Shown: positions 12,472-23,177 of the stretch, in pieces | Position numbering within the stretch: position 1 is the stretch's first letter | Layout: the number at the start of each line of letters is the position of its first letter | Assembly: GCA_963716745.1 (NCBI GenBank) | Contig: OY970320.1 | Location: 576,001-640,000 of the forward strand | DNA length: 64,000 bases | Source: an uncultured Gemmatimonadaceae bacterium | Lineage (GTDB): Bacteria > Gemmatimonadota > Gemmatimonadetes > Gemmatimonadales > Gemmatimonadaceae | Reading direction: 5' to 3' | The notes under the pieces: model-generated | Databases searched by the model: none | The model's input: the letters and a program-made list of their open reading frames with translations, nothing else | What the model was told of the DNA's origin: nothing | Program-made: the position numbers and the translations under genes

Positions 12472-13121
12472 CTATACGATCTGCTTGAGTGCGATATGGA
12501 TCTCGTCCGGTTCATAGCCGCGGCGCGCGAGAAATCCATAGAGTCGGCGGCGCTTGGTGGGTGCGTCGAGCTTCGACATCGAGCGGAGCTTCTTCGTGAC
12601 GACGCCGGCGAGCGCTTCCGCGGGATCGATGCGCTCTTCCTCGCCGAACCTCGTCGATCGCAGCCGTGATCGCCTCACGCGGAACGCCACGCCGCGCCAA
12701 TTCCGACTGGATACGCCTCGACTCCCTCGCGCGCGATGCGCGTGCGAACGAATTGGCGCGCGAACACCTCGTCGTTGAGGGCGCCGAGCGCCACGAGACG
12801 CGCGACGGCTGCCTCGACGAGCGCCTCCGACTCCTTCTTTCGGATGAGCGCCATGCGAAGTTCTCGCACGGCGTACGCGCGCACGGCGAGCATCGCGAGG
12901 GCGCGATCGAATACGCGGAGCGACTCCGCTTCGGCGGCCACCCTCGTGGCAAGCGACTCGCTCCACTCGTCGCCGACGTGTACTGAAAGGCGGGCGATCG
13001 CGTCCACCGACAGCAACGCGGCGCGCCGGCCGTCCACGAGGACGTCGAATCGCCCCGGCCGGCGACCGGACTCTGAGATCTCCGGTGATGCGCGCGTCCG
13101 GCCCGAAATGCTCCGGTTCAT
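12472..13121 (-). CDS. recX: Regulatory protein RecX (several frameshifts; start uncertain)
   Basis: Directly downstream of recA; ALAMLAVR...ELR, LNDEVFARQF, IQSELARRGV, LYGFLARRGY split over three frames. Confidence 0.85.
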
Positions 13122-13234
13122 CGCGCGCGGAAAAGCGCCGAGTGTGCGGCTGGCGGGACCGGGACCTCATCAGGTTGACCGCATCCACGCGCCTTTCACT
13201 CGACGCTCTTCATAGTGCCAGCCGCAACGGCCCG

Positions 13235-14278
13235 TTACTCCTCCGTCGGCGATTCCTCAGCGGCTTCGATCGCCTTGATCCCGAGAATGCCTTTCACCTT
13301 CTCTTCGACTTCGGCCATCATGGCGGGGTTGTCCTTGAGGAACATCTTCGCGTTCTCCCGGCCCTGCCCGATGCGCTGGTTGCCGTAGCTGTACCAGGCG
13401 CCCGACTTCTCGATGATGCCGGCCTCGGCGCCGATATCGACGAGCAGCGAGGTGTGGCTGATCCCTTCGGCGAACATGATGTCGAATTCGGCCTGCTTGA
13501 ACGGGGGCGCGACCTTGTTCTTCACGACTTTCACGCGCACGTGCGAGCCGATGACGTCTTCTTTCTCCTTCACTGGACCGATGCGGCGGATGTCGAGGCG
13601 CAGCGACGCGTAGAACTTGAGTGCCTTGCCGCCGGTGGTCGTCTCGGGGCTGCCGAACATGACGCCGATCTTCTCGCGCAGCTGATTGATGAAGATCACC
13701 GACGTCTTGGAGCGCGCGATCGCGCCGGTGAGCTTTCGGAGGGCCTGGCTCATGAGCCGGGCCTGCAGCCCCATGTGCGACTCGCCCATCTCGCCTTCGA
13801 TCTCGGCTTTCGGCACGAGCGCCGCCACCGAGTCGACCACGATCACGTCCACCGCGCCCGAACGCACGAGGATCTCGCAGATCTCGAGCGCCTGTTCGCC
13901 AGTGTCGGGCTGCGAGACGAGGAGGTTCTCGACGTCCACGCCGAGCTTGGCGGCGTATTCGGTATCGAGCGCATGTTCGGCGTCGATGAAGGCGGCGACC
14001 CCGCCGGCCTTCTGCGCGTTGGCCACGACGTGGAGACAGAGCGTGGTCTTACCGCTCGATTCCGGGCCGTAGATCTCGGTGACTCGGCCGCGGGGGATGC
14101 CGCCGATGCCGATGGCGGCGTCGAGATTGATGGCGCCGGTCGGGATGCACTCGAGCCGGACCCTCGGGGTGTCGGCGCCCATCCGCATGATGGAGCCCTT
14201 GCCGCAGCTCTTCTCGATCTGGGATATGGCCAGAACGAGGGCCTTCTTCTTGTCGTCCTGCATCGTGGAGACCGCCAT
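13235..14278 (-). CDS. recA: Recombinase RecA
   Basis: [33 protein letters not shown]. Confidence 0.99.
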   Translation of the reverse strand: MAVSTMQDDKKKALVLAISQIEKSCGKGSIMRMGADTPRVRLECIPTGAINLDAAIGIGGIPRGRVTEIYGPESSGKTTLCLHVVANAQKAGGVAAFIDAEHALDTEYAAKLGVDVENLLVSQPDTGEQALEICEILVRSGAVDVIVVDSVAALVPKAEIEGEMGESHMGLQARLMSQALRKLTGAIARSKTSVIFINQLREKIGVMFGSPETTTGGKALKFYASLRLDIRRIGPVKEKEDVIGSHVRVKVVKNKVAPPFKQAEFDIMFAEGISHTSLLVDIGAEAGIIEKSGAWYSYGNQRIGQGRENAKMFLKDNPAMMAEVEEKVKGILGIKAIEAAEESPTEE

Positions 14279-14327
14279 GGCTCGCCTACCCCCGATTTCG
14301 CGTGAAAGTGCTCAAATGAGCCGCCCC

Positions 14328-14371
14328 GAACCCGACCCGAACAAAGTACGAACCTGTCCCGCTCCCGTCAA
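14328..14371 (-). promoter_or_regulatory. recA sigma70-type promoter overlapped by tandem GTTC-N7-GTTC (LexA-like) boxes
   Basis: Minus strand TTGACG (14371-14366), 17 bp, TACTTT (14348-14343); GAAC on the plus strand at 14328, 14339 and 14350. Confidence 0.65.
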
Positions 14372-14742
14372 TGGCCACTTCGTAGGTCGAAGGCGGCGGG
14401 GACATGCCGGATCTTCGCCCGTCCCTCCGTCACGATGACCCCGACCACGTCGAACCGATAGACCCAATTCGGGGCGCCGTACCGGTCCATCCATACTAAG
14501 GCGGACCGGACCAGCTCCCGCTGCTTTTTCCAATGTACGGCCTCGACCGGGTCGCCGAAGCCGAGCCTGGAGCGGGCCTTCACTTCGACGAAGGCGACGA
14601 CGCCGTCGCGCTCCATCACGAGGTCGAGGTCCCGGTGCCCGCTCCGCACACGCCGGCCCAGTGTGCGCCAGCCTTGTTCCGCGAGCCACCGCTCCGCGAT
14701 CCGTTCGCCCATGATCCCCAGCCGCTGAGTGTCCGCCGACAT
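14368..14742 (-). CDS. yraN: YraN family (UPF0102) endonuclease-like protein
   Basis: LGIMGERIAERWL, DLDLV, FVEVKAR, RFDVVGV. Confidence 0.88.
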   Translation of the reverse strand: MSADTQRLGIMGERIAERWLAEQGWRTLGRRVRSGHRDLDLVMERDGVVAFVEVKARSRLGFGDPVEAVHWKKQRELVRSALVWMDRYGAPNWVYRFDVVGVIVTEGRAKIRHVPAAFDLRSGH

Positions 14743-14801
14743 GGGGCACAAGGTACAACGGCCCAAGAATCGTGTGGCACCGAAGGATTGCGCGCGGCAT
14801 C

Positions 14802-14827
14802 AAAACGGCGCGTGTGACACGCGCCGT
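14802..14827 (-). terminator. Probable intrinsic terminator
   Basis: 10-bp stem ACGGCGCGTG/CACGCGCCGT ending in a short T run on the minus strand. Confidence 0.5.
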
Positions 14828-14949
14828 CAGCGTCGTCAGACTCGCCGTCAGGTCGTTGCCGATCGCGTTCCGCCCGCGCCACGAGCCTGGCTGTCCGCCG
14901 TCATCGATGCCTCACCCGAGGAAGAATCGGAATGCCGTCACAAGATCGC

Positions 14950-15525
14950 TCAGCCCTCTTCACGCCTCCAGATCGCCCACACCGTGCAATTGGCATGCCC
15001 CTCGACCGGATAGTAGTGCCTCTTGAGCGCGTCGCGGATCTCATACGCGCGCGCGGGAGATGAGACCAATCCGCACTCGTTGAGGTCGGCCGGGAGGAAT
15101 GCCAATGGAAATCCCCCTCTGCAGTTCGTAAGCGAGCTCGTCTCGGTGTCGTCGATCAGCTCACAACCTTTGAAGACGAAGTCCGGCAGGCGAGCGGAAG
15201 CGATCTCCGGCTCCGTGGCCTCGCGCACTGCGGCGAGCACCTGATGCTGCAGCGGATCGAAGACCGCGCGCATGCGGTCCACGAGGTACCGCTCGTCGTC
15301 GAACACCGCCGAGAGCTCCTCAGCGAAGACCACGTGGCGGATATCTTCGTCGGAATATCGCCATTGAGTCGTGCCGGGCTCTGGAGCGATCCACGGATTC
15401 AGGCTGTGGTCGAGGCCTACGACCTCGACGAGCTGCGGCAGCCCGATGGACTCCATGTAGTTCGGCCACGCGTTTCCGAATGCCGTTGCCGAGAATCGCT
15501 CTGCCACTCGGTACGCGATCTGCAT
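14950..15525 (-). CDS. Hypothetical protein (191 aa)
   Basis: ORF starts 10 bp after the ftsK stop; SSLTNC.GGF and LNECGL motifs; family not recognised. Confidence 0.7.
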   Translation of the reverse strand: MQIAYRVAERFSATAFGNAWPNYMESIGLPQLVEVVGLDHSLNPWIAPEPGTTQWRYSDEDIRHVVFAEELSAVFDDERYLVDRMRAVFDPLQHQVLAAVREATEPEIASARLPDFVFKGCELIDDTETSSLTNCRGGFPLAFLPADLNECGLVSSPARAYEIRDALKRHYYPVEGHANCTVWAIWRREEG

Positions 15526-15534
15526 CGCTCGCCT

Positions 15535-17832
15535 TTAGGCCTTCGGCCCCGCGATCCGCTCGAGCTCCTCGAACCCCACGAGAATATCCCGCGGCTTCGA
15601 ACCATCCGGCGGCCCGAGGATCCCCGCCTCCTGCAGCTGATCGATCAATCGCGCCGCGCGCCCGTAGCCGACCTTCAAGCGCCGTTGCAGCAGCGAAGTC
15701 GACCCACCCTGATTCTGGATGCACGCCTCCGCCGCCTCGCGGAACAGCTTGTCCCGCTCGCTCGGATCGCCGATCTCCCCGCCCTCGCCCGCCGCCGCCT
15801 CGGCCTCGCGCTTCCGCATCTCCTCGAGGATGTCCGCCTCGGCGCGCGGCTCCTCGGGCAGCAGGCCCTGCTTCGCGAGTTCCGCCTTTCGCTCCGCCGC
15901 GCGATCGCCGTACCACTTGAGCAGACGCTCGGTGTCCTCGCTCGTGATGAGCGCACCCTGGATGCGCGAGAGATCGCTCTTCCCCGGCGGGATGAACAGC
16001 ATGTCGCCGTTCCCCAGCAGCGACTCGGCGCCCATGCCGTCGATGATCGTGCGGCTGTCGACTTGCGACGCCACGCGGAACGCGATGCGGCTCGGGAAAT
16101 TCGCCTTGATCAGTCCCGTGATCACGTTCACGCTCGGCCGCTGCGTCGCGAGGATGAGATGGATCCCGATCGCGCGCGCCTTCTGCGCGAGGATCGCGAG
16201 CGGCGTCTCCACTTCGCTCTGCACGGTCATCATGAGATCGGCCAATTCGTCGATCACGATCACGATGTACGGCAACTCGCCGTCGGTGTACTCGCGCGCC
16301 TCGAAGGCGACATTCGGCTGCTTCGGCCAGCGCATTGGCGCTTTGCTCTTGAGCCGCTTGTTGAATTCCTGGATGTTGCGGCAGCCGTTCTCCGCGCACA
16401 ACTCGTAGCGCTGCTGCATCTCGATCTGCGCCCACTTGAGCACGCTCGCCGCGTCGCGATTGTCGGTGATCACCTTGTGGCGCAGGTGCGGCAGTTTGTT
16501 GTACACCGACAACTCGACCATCTTCGGATCCACCATCAAGAACCGCAGCGTGCGCGGCGTGTGCCGGTACACGAGGCTCGTGATGATGGTGTTCACGCAG
16601 ACGGATTTCCCCGAGCCCGTCGCGCCCGCGATGAGCAGGTGCGGCATCTTCGCGAGGTCCGCGACCACCGGCTTTCCCTCGAGATCCTTGCCCAGCACGA
16701 TCGGCAGCGCCGCGCGCGCCTTCGTGAACTCGTCGCTCTCGATGAGTTCGCGCAGCGCGACGATCTCGGCCGTCGGGTTCGGCACCTCCACGCCCACCGC
16801 GCCGCGCCCGGGGATCGGCGCCACGATGCGAATGCTCTGCGCCTTCATCGCGAGCGCGAGATCGTTCGAGAGGTTCGCTATCTGCCGCACCTTCACGCCC
16901 TCGTTGGGCTCCACCTCGAACTGGGTGACGACCGGACCCGAGGTGTGCTCGCCGAGCTTCGCGCCCACGTTGAACGACTTGAGCGTCGCGATGAGCTTGT
17001 CGCCGAGCTCCTTCATCGCCAGCTCCTCGCCGGCGTGGTCGCGGGTCTTCGCGGCCTCGAGCAGCGTGGGCGGCGGCAGCTCATCGTCCGCCTCCGGCAC
17101 GTGCGCGTCGATCGCCGCGGCGATGCGCTCGTCGTGCTCGGCGGTGAGTTCGGCCTTGCTCTTCTTTTTCTTCTTCTCGCGCGCGGGTTCCTCGGTCACC
17201 GCCTGGTCCGTGCCCATCCAGGAGTCGATCGCGGGCAACTCCTCCGGCGCCGGCTCGAGCGCGTCCGGCTTCTTCCGCTTCTTCTTGGACGACGCCGCCT
17301 CCTCCTCTGCGACGACCGCCGCGGGCATGCGCACCCCGACGAGCATCCGGATCGGATTGCGGCCGAGCGTCGCCGCGGCGAGCACGCTGAACAACAGGAC
17401 GAGCACGAACCACGCGCCGTTCGAGAACCACTTGTCGAAGTAGAAGCTGAAAAAGCCGCCCCAGATCCCGCTCATGACGCTCGAGGCGGGCGCACCGCTG
17501 TGCTCGACGAGTCCGATCCCGATCGGGAGCAGGGCCACGAGACCGAAGGTGAACCAGAACCAGGAGTGGTTGGGTTCCGCCTTCATGCGCCCGAACACCT
17601 GCAACCCCCACACGCCCGGCGTCAGCGCAAGCAGGAGCGTGCCGGGCAATCCGAAGATCTGCACGAAGAAGGATCGGAGGCACGACCCCGCGGGTCCCAA
17701 GAGTGCATGAGCGTTTACGCACGACACGGCGTGTGGATCGCCGGCGCCTACCGCAATCGCGGTGAGCATGAACGCGCTGAACACGAAGAGCGCGGTGGCG
17801 AGATACTCGGTGCGGTGCTCCTTGCTCCACAT
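15535..17832 (-). CDS. ftsK: DNA translocase FtsK/SpoIIIE
   Basis: N-terminal TM segments, MPHLLIAGATGSGKS, DELADLM, ATQRPS, gamma domain LQRRLKVGYGRAA. Confidence 0.97.
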   Translation of the reverse strand: MWSKEHRTEYLATALFVFSAFMLTAIAVGAGDPHAVSCVNAHALLGPAGSCLRSFFVQIFGLPGTLLLALTPGVWGLQVFGRMKAEPNHSWFWFTFGLVALLPIGIGLVEHSGAPASSVMSGIWGGFFSFYFDKWFSNGAWFVLVLLFSVLAAATLGRNPIRMLVGVRMPAAVVAEEEAASSKKKRKKPDALEPAPEELPAIDSWMGTDQAVTEEPAREKKKKKSKAELTAEHDERIAAAIDAHVPEADDELPPPTLLEAAKTRDHAGEELAMKELGDKLIATLKSFNVGAKLGEHTSGPVVTQFEVEPNEGVKVRQIANLSNDLALAMKAQSIRIVAPIPGRGAVGVEVPNPTAEIVALRELIESDEFTKARAALPIVLGKDLEGKPVVADLAKMPHLLIAGATGSGKSVCVNTIITSLVYRHTPRTLRFLMVDPKMVELSVYNKLPHLRHKVITDNRDAASVLKWAQIEMQQRYELCAENGCRNIQEFNKRLKSKAPMRWPKQPNVAFEAREYTDGELPYIVIVIDELADLMMTVQSEVETPLAILAQKARAIGIHLILATQRPSVNVITGLIKANFPSRIAFRVASQVDSRTIIDGMGAESLLGNGDMLFIPPGKSDLSRIQGALITSEDTERLLKWYGDRAAERKAELAKQGLLPEEPRAEADILEEMRKREAEAAAGEGGEIGDPSERDKLFREAAEACIQNQGGSTSLLQRRLKVGYGRAARLIDQLQEAGILGPPDGSKPRDILVGFEELERIAGPKA

Positions 17833-17838
17833 CCTCGC

Positions 17839-18585
17839 TTACCGTCCCCGCGCGGCGTCGGCCGCGCTGATCTGACGGTCCTGGTACACCGGCACCACCG
17901 GATATCCGTCAATGCGCGCGCACGCCTCGAGGTCGGCGCCATACCCCGCGTCGGCGAGCGCGCGTCCGTGCTCGCTGTCGCCGAAGAGACGCGCGAGGTT
18001 GTCGCCGTAGCGCTTCTCGATGAGCAGGCATGCGACCGCCGCATCACTCAGCGCGGTGGTGGTCGCGCGGCGGCCGATCGCTTTCACGAAGCGTCCGGCG
18101 CACGCGGCGTCTTCAAGCGCGAACTGGCGGTCGCTGCCGGCGCAGATGATGGTGACGTCGGCGCCCTGCTTGGTGGCCCCACGCATCGCGCGCGCCACCG
18201 CCGAGAAGTTCGCGTAGCTCGCGACCAATATCTCGCGCGCGCCCGAGAGTCCTGCGAACGCAGCGGTGCCGTTCGTCGTCGTGAACAGCACGGTCTTCCC
18301 TTCCACTTTGTCGCGCGTGTAGTCGAGCGGCGAGTTGCCCATGTCGAACCCTTCGATGGGCTGCATCTTCCGCTCGCCGCCGAGGATCACCTCGGAGCGG
18401 TCGAGCGCCTTGGAGCGCGTGATCACTTCATCGGCGCTCTCGAGCGGCACGACGAAGCGCGCACCGTTGTGCAGCGCGGCGGCGATGGTGGTGCTGGCCC
18501 GCAGGACGTCGATGATCGCCACGGCACGTCCGCTCACGAGCGCCGGCGCCGCCACGCCCGGGCCGAAGACGACGTCGATGCGCAT
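17839..18585 (-). CDS. comB: 2-phosphosulfolactate phosphatase family protein
   Basis: IIDVLRASTTI, GGER, GNSP, TTTNGT, EDAACAG. Confidence 0.9.
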   Translation of the reverse strand: MRIDVVFGPGVAAPALVSGRAVAIIDVLRASTTIAAALHNGARFVVPLESADEVITRSKALDRSEVILGGERKMQPIEGFDMGNSPLDYTRDKVEGKTVLFTTTNGTAAFAGLSGAREILVASYANFSAVARAMRGATKQGADVTIICAGSDRQFALEDAACAGRFVKAIGRRATTTALSDAAVACLLIEKRYGDNLARLFGDSEHGRALADAGYGADLEACARIDGYPVVPVYQDRQISAADAARGR

Positions 18586-19938
<1,353 letters not shown>

Positions 19939-19961
19939 CTAGCGTGGCCGCCGGGCGCGGC

Positions 19962-21140
19962 TCAGGCGGAGCCGTCGCGCTGGAAGTCGTCCCACGACGT
20001 GTCGCTGGACGCTTCCACACCCTGCACGCGCAACGCGAACTCGCTGGGGTTGCTGGCGTAGAACATCGCCTGCTCGAACGACACGACCTTCTTCTTGTGC
20101 CACTGCATGAGCGACTGGTCGAAGGTCTGCATCCCGTACTGCACCGTGCCTTCCTTGATGAGGTCGGGGATGTTCAGCGACTTCGTCATGTCGCGGATCT
20201 GATCGCTCACCGCGGCGGTGTTCACGAGGATCTCCACCGCCGGCACGCGGCCCTTGCCGTCGGCGCGCGGCACGAGGCGCAGCGAGATGACCGCCGACAG
20301 CGCGCTCGCGAGCGTGAATCGCACCTCGGCCTGCTGGTGCGGCGCGTAGAAGGAGATCACGCGGTTGATCGTCTGCGTGGCGTCGGTCGTGTGCAGCGTG
20401 GAGAACACGAGGTGTCCCGTGTCGGCGGCCTTGAGCGCGACCTCGAGCGTCTCGAGGTCGCGGATCTCACCGATCAGGATGACGTCGGGGTCCTGCCGCA
20501 GCACGCGGCGCAGGGCGACCGAGAACGATCCGGTGTCGGCGCCCACTTCGCGCTGGTTGATCGACGACTTGTTGTCGCGGTGCAGGAACTCGATCGGATC
20601 CTCGATCGTGATGACGTTCGCGTGCCGCTTCTCGTTGATGTGCTGGATCATCGCGGCGAGCGCCGTGGATTTCCCCGAGCCGGTGACGCCGGTGACGAGC
20701 ACGAGCCCGCGCGGCTTCATCGCGACCTGCTCGACGACCGCGGGCAGATTCAGCTCGGTGACCGTCTTCACCTGGTACGGCACCGCGCGGAGCGCGTAGG
20801 CGATCGTGCCGCGCTGCTGATACACGTTCACGCGGAAACGGCCGATGCCCGGCACGCCGATCGCGAAGTCCGCCTCCTTATTCTCGGCGAACTCCTTCAC
20901 CTGCTTCGGCGTCATGATCTGCTCGGCGAGGACCTTGAGATCCTCGGGGCGCAGCGGCGGGACGTCGAGCGTGGAGAGATCGCCGTTGATCCGCAGCACC
21001 GGCGGCCGTCCCACTTTCAAGTGGAGGTCGGACGCGTTCTGCTGGATCATCCGCTGCAGCACCGCCTTGAAATTGAACGCGGCGGCGTTGGCGGGCGACG
21101 GGATGTCGACCTGCGCTGGGACTTGTGTCGTATTAGCCAT
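19962..21140 (-). CDS. PilT/PilU family type IV pilus retraction ATPase
   Basis: ASDLHL, RFRVN, GVTGSGKST, TIEDPIE, LRQDPD, GEIRD, TGHLVFSTLH, GMQTFDQ. Confidence 0.95.
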   Translation of the reverse strand: MANTTQVPAQVDIPSPANAAAFNFKAVLQRMIQQNASDLHLKVGRPPVLRINGDLSTLDVPPLRPEDLKVLAEQIMTPKQVKEFAENKEADFAIGVPGIGRFRVNVYQQRGTIAYALRAVPYQVKTVTELNLPAVVEQVAMKPRGLVLVTGVTGSGKSTALAAMIQHINEKRHANVITIEDPIEFLHRDNKSSINQREVGADTGSFSVALRRVLRQDPDVILIGEIRDLETLEVALKAADTGHLVFSTLHTTDATQTINRVISFYAPHQQAEVRFTLASALSAVISLRLVPRADGKGRVPAVEILVNTAAVSDQIRDMTKSLNIPDLIKEGTVQYGMQTFDQSLMQWHKKKVVSFEQAMFYASNPSEFALRVQGVEASSDTSWDDFQRDGSA

Positions 21141-21627
21141 TTGGGTCGATCCGGAAGAGGACCTGTCCGTATTCGACGGGATGCGAATCCGGCACCAGTA
21201 CTTCGCGCACCACGCCCGCGTATTCCGATTCGATCTCGTTCATGATCTTCATCGCCTCGATGATGCAGAGGCCCTGTCCCTTCTCCACGCGTCCGCCTTC
21301 GCTGACATACGGCGCCGCACCCGGTTCGGGCGAGCGGTAGAACGTGCCCACCATCGGCGACTTCACTTCGAGCAGCTTCGACTTGGGCGCCGGCGCGGGC
21401 GCATCCGTCTCGGCCACGATCGGCGAACCATCGGTCGGCGTGAGCCGTGACGGCGCCGGCATCAACGCCGGCATCGCCATGGGCGCGGCCACCTGCACCG
21501 CGCCGCGCTGCTGGGGCGTCTTCGAGATCCGGATCTTCATCCCCTTGTCCGTGGAGATCTCGATCGAATCCACCGAAGAGCTGTCCAGCAGCTCCACGAG
21601 TTTCTTCACGTAGCGCAAATCGATCAT
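21133..21627 (-). CDS. accB: Acetyl-CoA carboxylase biotin carboxyl carrier protein
   Basis: SPMVGTFY and IEAMKIMNEI biotinylation motif. Confidence 0.97.
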   Translation of the reverse strand: MIDLRYVKKLVELLDSSSVDSIEISTDKGMKIRISKTPQQRGAVQVAAPMAMPALMPAPSRLTPTDGSPIVAETDAPAPAPKSKLLEVKSPMVGTFYRSPEPGAAPYVSEGGRVEKGQGLCIIEAMKIMNEIESEYAGVVREVLVPDSHPVEYGQVLFRIDPNG

Positions 21628-21658
21628 GGTCGTCTCGGCTCTCGCGTGGATCGCAAAC

Positions 21659-22744
21659 CTACGACAATTCCATCAACGTGCGCGGGAAGTCCGTGAGGAC
21701 GCGCGCCTGCGCGCCCTCGATCACCACATCGTCCTCCACCCGCACCCCGCCCCAACCGGCGCGGTAGATCCCGGGTTCGATCGTCACCACGGTGCCGACT
21801 TGCAGCGCGCCGTCGGCGATCTTCGACAGCCGCGGCGCCTCGTGCACTTCCAGGCCAATGCCATGGCCCAGCCCGTGCCCGAACAATTCGCCGAATCCTT
21901 GCCCCTCAATGTAGCTCCGGGCGAGCGCGTCGGCATCCCGGAATGTCATCCCGGGCCGTACGCCGGCGGAAGCCCTCTCGTTCGCCGCGCGCACCACGTC
22001 GTAGAAGGCGCGCTGCTCGGCGGTGGCCTTGCCCATCACGAACGTGCGCGTGACATCCGACACGTAACCATCCACCACCGCGCCGAAATCGAAGAGCAGC
22101 CAGTCGCCGTTCGCGATCGTGCGTCCGCTCGCGCGCGCGTGCGGCAGCGCCGAGCGCGGACCGGAGGCGATGATCGCCTCGAAGGGGAATCCGGTGCTGC
22201 CGCCCTCGCGCAATTCGCGCTCGAGCGCGCCGGCGACCTGCAGTTCCGTCATGCCGGGCCGGACGAGCTTGAGCGTGCGGCCCAGCGCATCGGTTGCGCA
22301 GTCCGCGGCGCGCTTGATCGCCGCGATCTCGTCGGCGTCCTTCCGCTCGCGCAGGGACTCGACGATGTCCACCGTCGGACGCCAGAGCCACTTGTCGCCC
22401 TGCTGCATGAGCCGCGCAAAATCGCGGTGCGTGAGCATCGTGCTCTCGAAGCCCATCGTCTTCACCGCGAGCTCGGGCAGCAACCTCCAGAGCGCGTTCC
22501 ACACGCTGGCGAGATCGATCGTGACGCGCGCGAGGTCGCCGACCTCCTCCTTCACCTGCGTCTGGTAGCGGAAATCCGTGATGAGCACGAGGCTCTGCGC
22601 GGTGACCACGACGAGCGCGTTCGACCCCGAGAATCCGGTGAGGTAGCGGATGTTCGGAAGGCCCGTGAGGAGCAGGCCGTCGATCTGCTGCGCGGTGAGC
22701 AGCGCGCGCAGCGACGCGAGGCGCGCGGGGCGGTGGTCAGCCAC
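21659..22744 (-). CDS. Xaa-Pro aminopeptidase (M24B)
   Basis: NIRYLTGF, DFG, SDVTRT, HGLGHGIG, HEAP, TIEPG, RVEDD. Confidence 0.93.
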   Translation of the reverse strand: MADHRPARLASLRALLTAQQIDGLLLTGLPNIRYLTGFSGSNALVVVTAQSLVLITDFRYQTQVKEEVGDLARVTIDLASVWNALWRLLPELAVKTMGFESTMLTHRDFARLMQQGDKWLWRPTVDIVESLRERKDADEIAAIKRAADCATDALGRTLKLVRPGMTELQVAGALERELREGGSTGFPFEAIIASGPRSALPHARASGRTIANGDWLLFDFGAVVDGYVSDVTRTFVMGKATAEQRAFYDVVRAANERASAGVRPGMTFRDADALARSYIEGQGFGELFGHGLGHGIGLEVHEAPRLSKIADGALQVGTVVTIEPGIYRAGWGGVRVEDDVVIEGAQARVLTDFPRTLMELS

Positions 22745-23177
22745 GGGCGCCGAGCTTCGCGGCGAGTCCCCGCAGCGCGAGGTCGTATCCCGTGGTGCCG
22801 AAGCCGCTCAGCAGCGCGATCGCTCCGCCGGCGAGCACCGTGCGGCGCCGTTCGGGTTCGCGCGCGAAGATGTTCGAGATGTGCACTTCGACGTACGGCA
22901 CGCTCACGCTCTTGAAGGCGTCGCGGATGGCGAGGCTCGTGTGGCTGTACGCGCCAGCGTTGATGAGTGCGCCATCCACGCGACCGCGCATCTTCTGGAT
23001 GAGATCGATGAGCTCTCCCTCGCCGTTCCGCTGCGCGAACTCGATGTCCACGCCCAGCTCCGTCGCGAGCGCGCGCAGGCGCGTCTCCACATCCGCCAGC
23101 GTCTCGCGCCCGTAGATCTCGGGTTCGCGCACGCCAAGCAGATTGAGATTCGGCCCGTTCAGGACGGCGATCCGCAC
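22737..23177 (-). CDS. aroQ: Type II 3-dehydroquinate dehydratase
   Basis: NGPNLNLLGVREPEIYG, INAGAYSHTS, EVHISN. Confidence 0.97.
   Translation of the reverse strand: MRIAVLNGPNLNLLGVREPEIYGRETLADVETRLRALATELGVDIEFAQRNGEGELIDLIQKMRGRVDGALINAGAYSHTSLAIRDAFKSVSVPYVEVHISNIFAREPERRRTVLAGGAIALLSGFGTTGYDLALRGLAAKLGARG

Noticed and set aside
21627..21659. Absence of efp between the Xaa-Pro peptidase and accB
   Set aside because: Only a 31-bp gap with no remnant; efp position varies between lineages, so this is not informative
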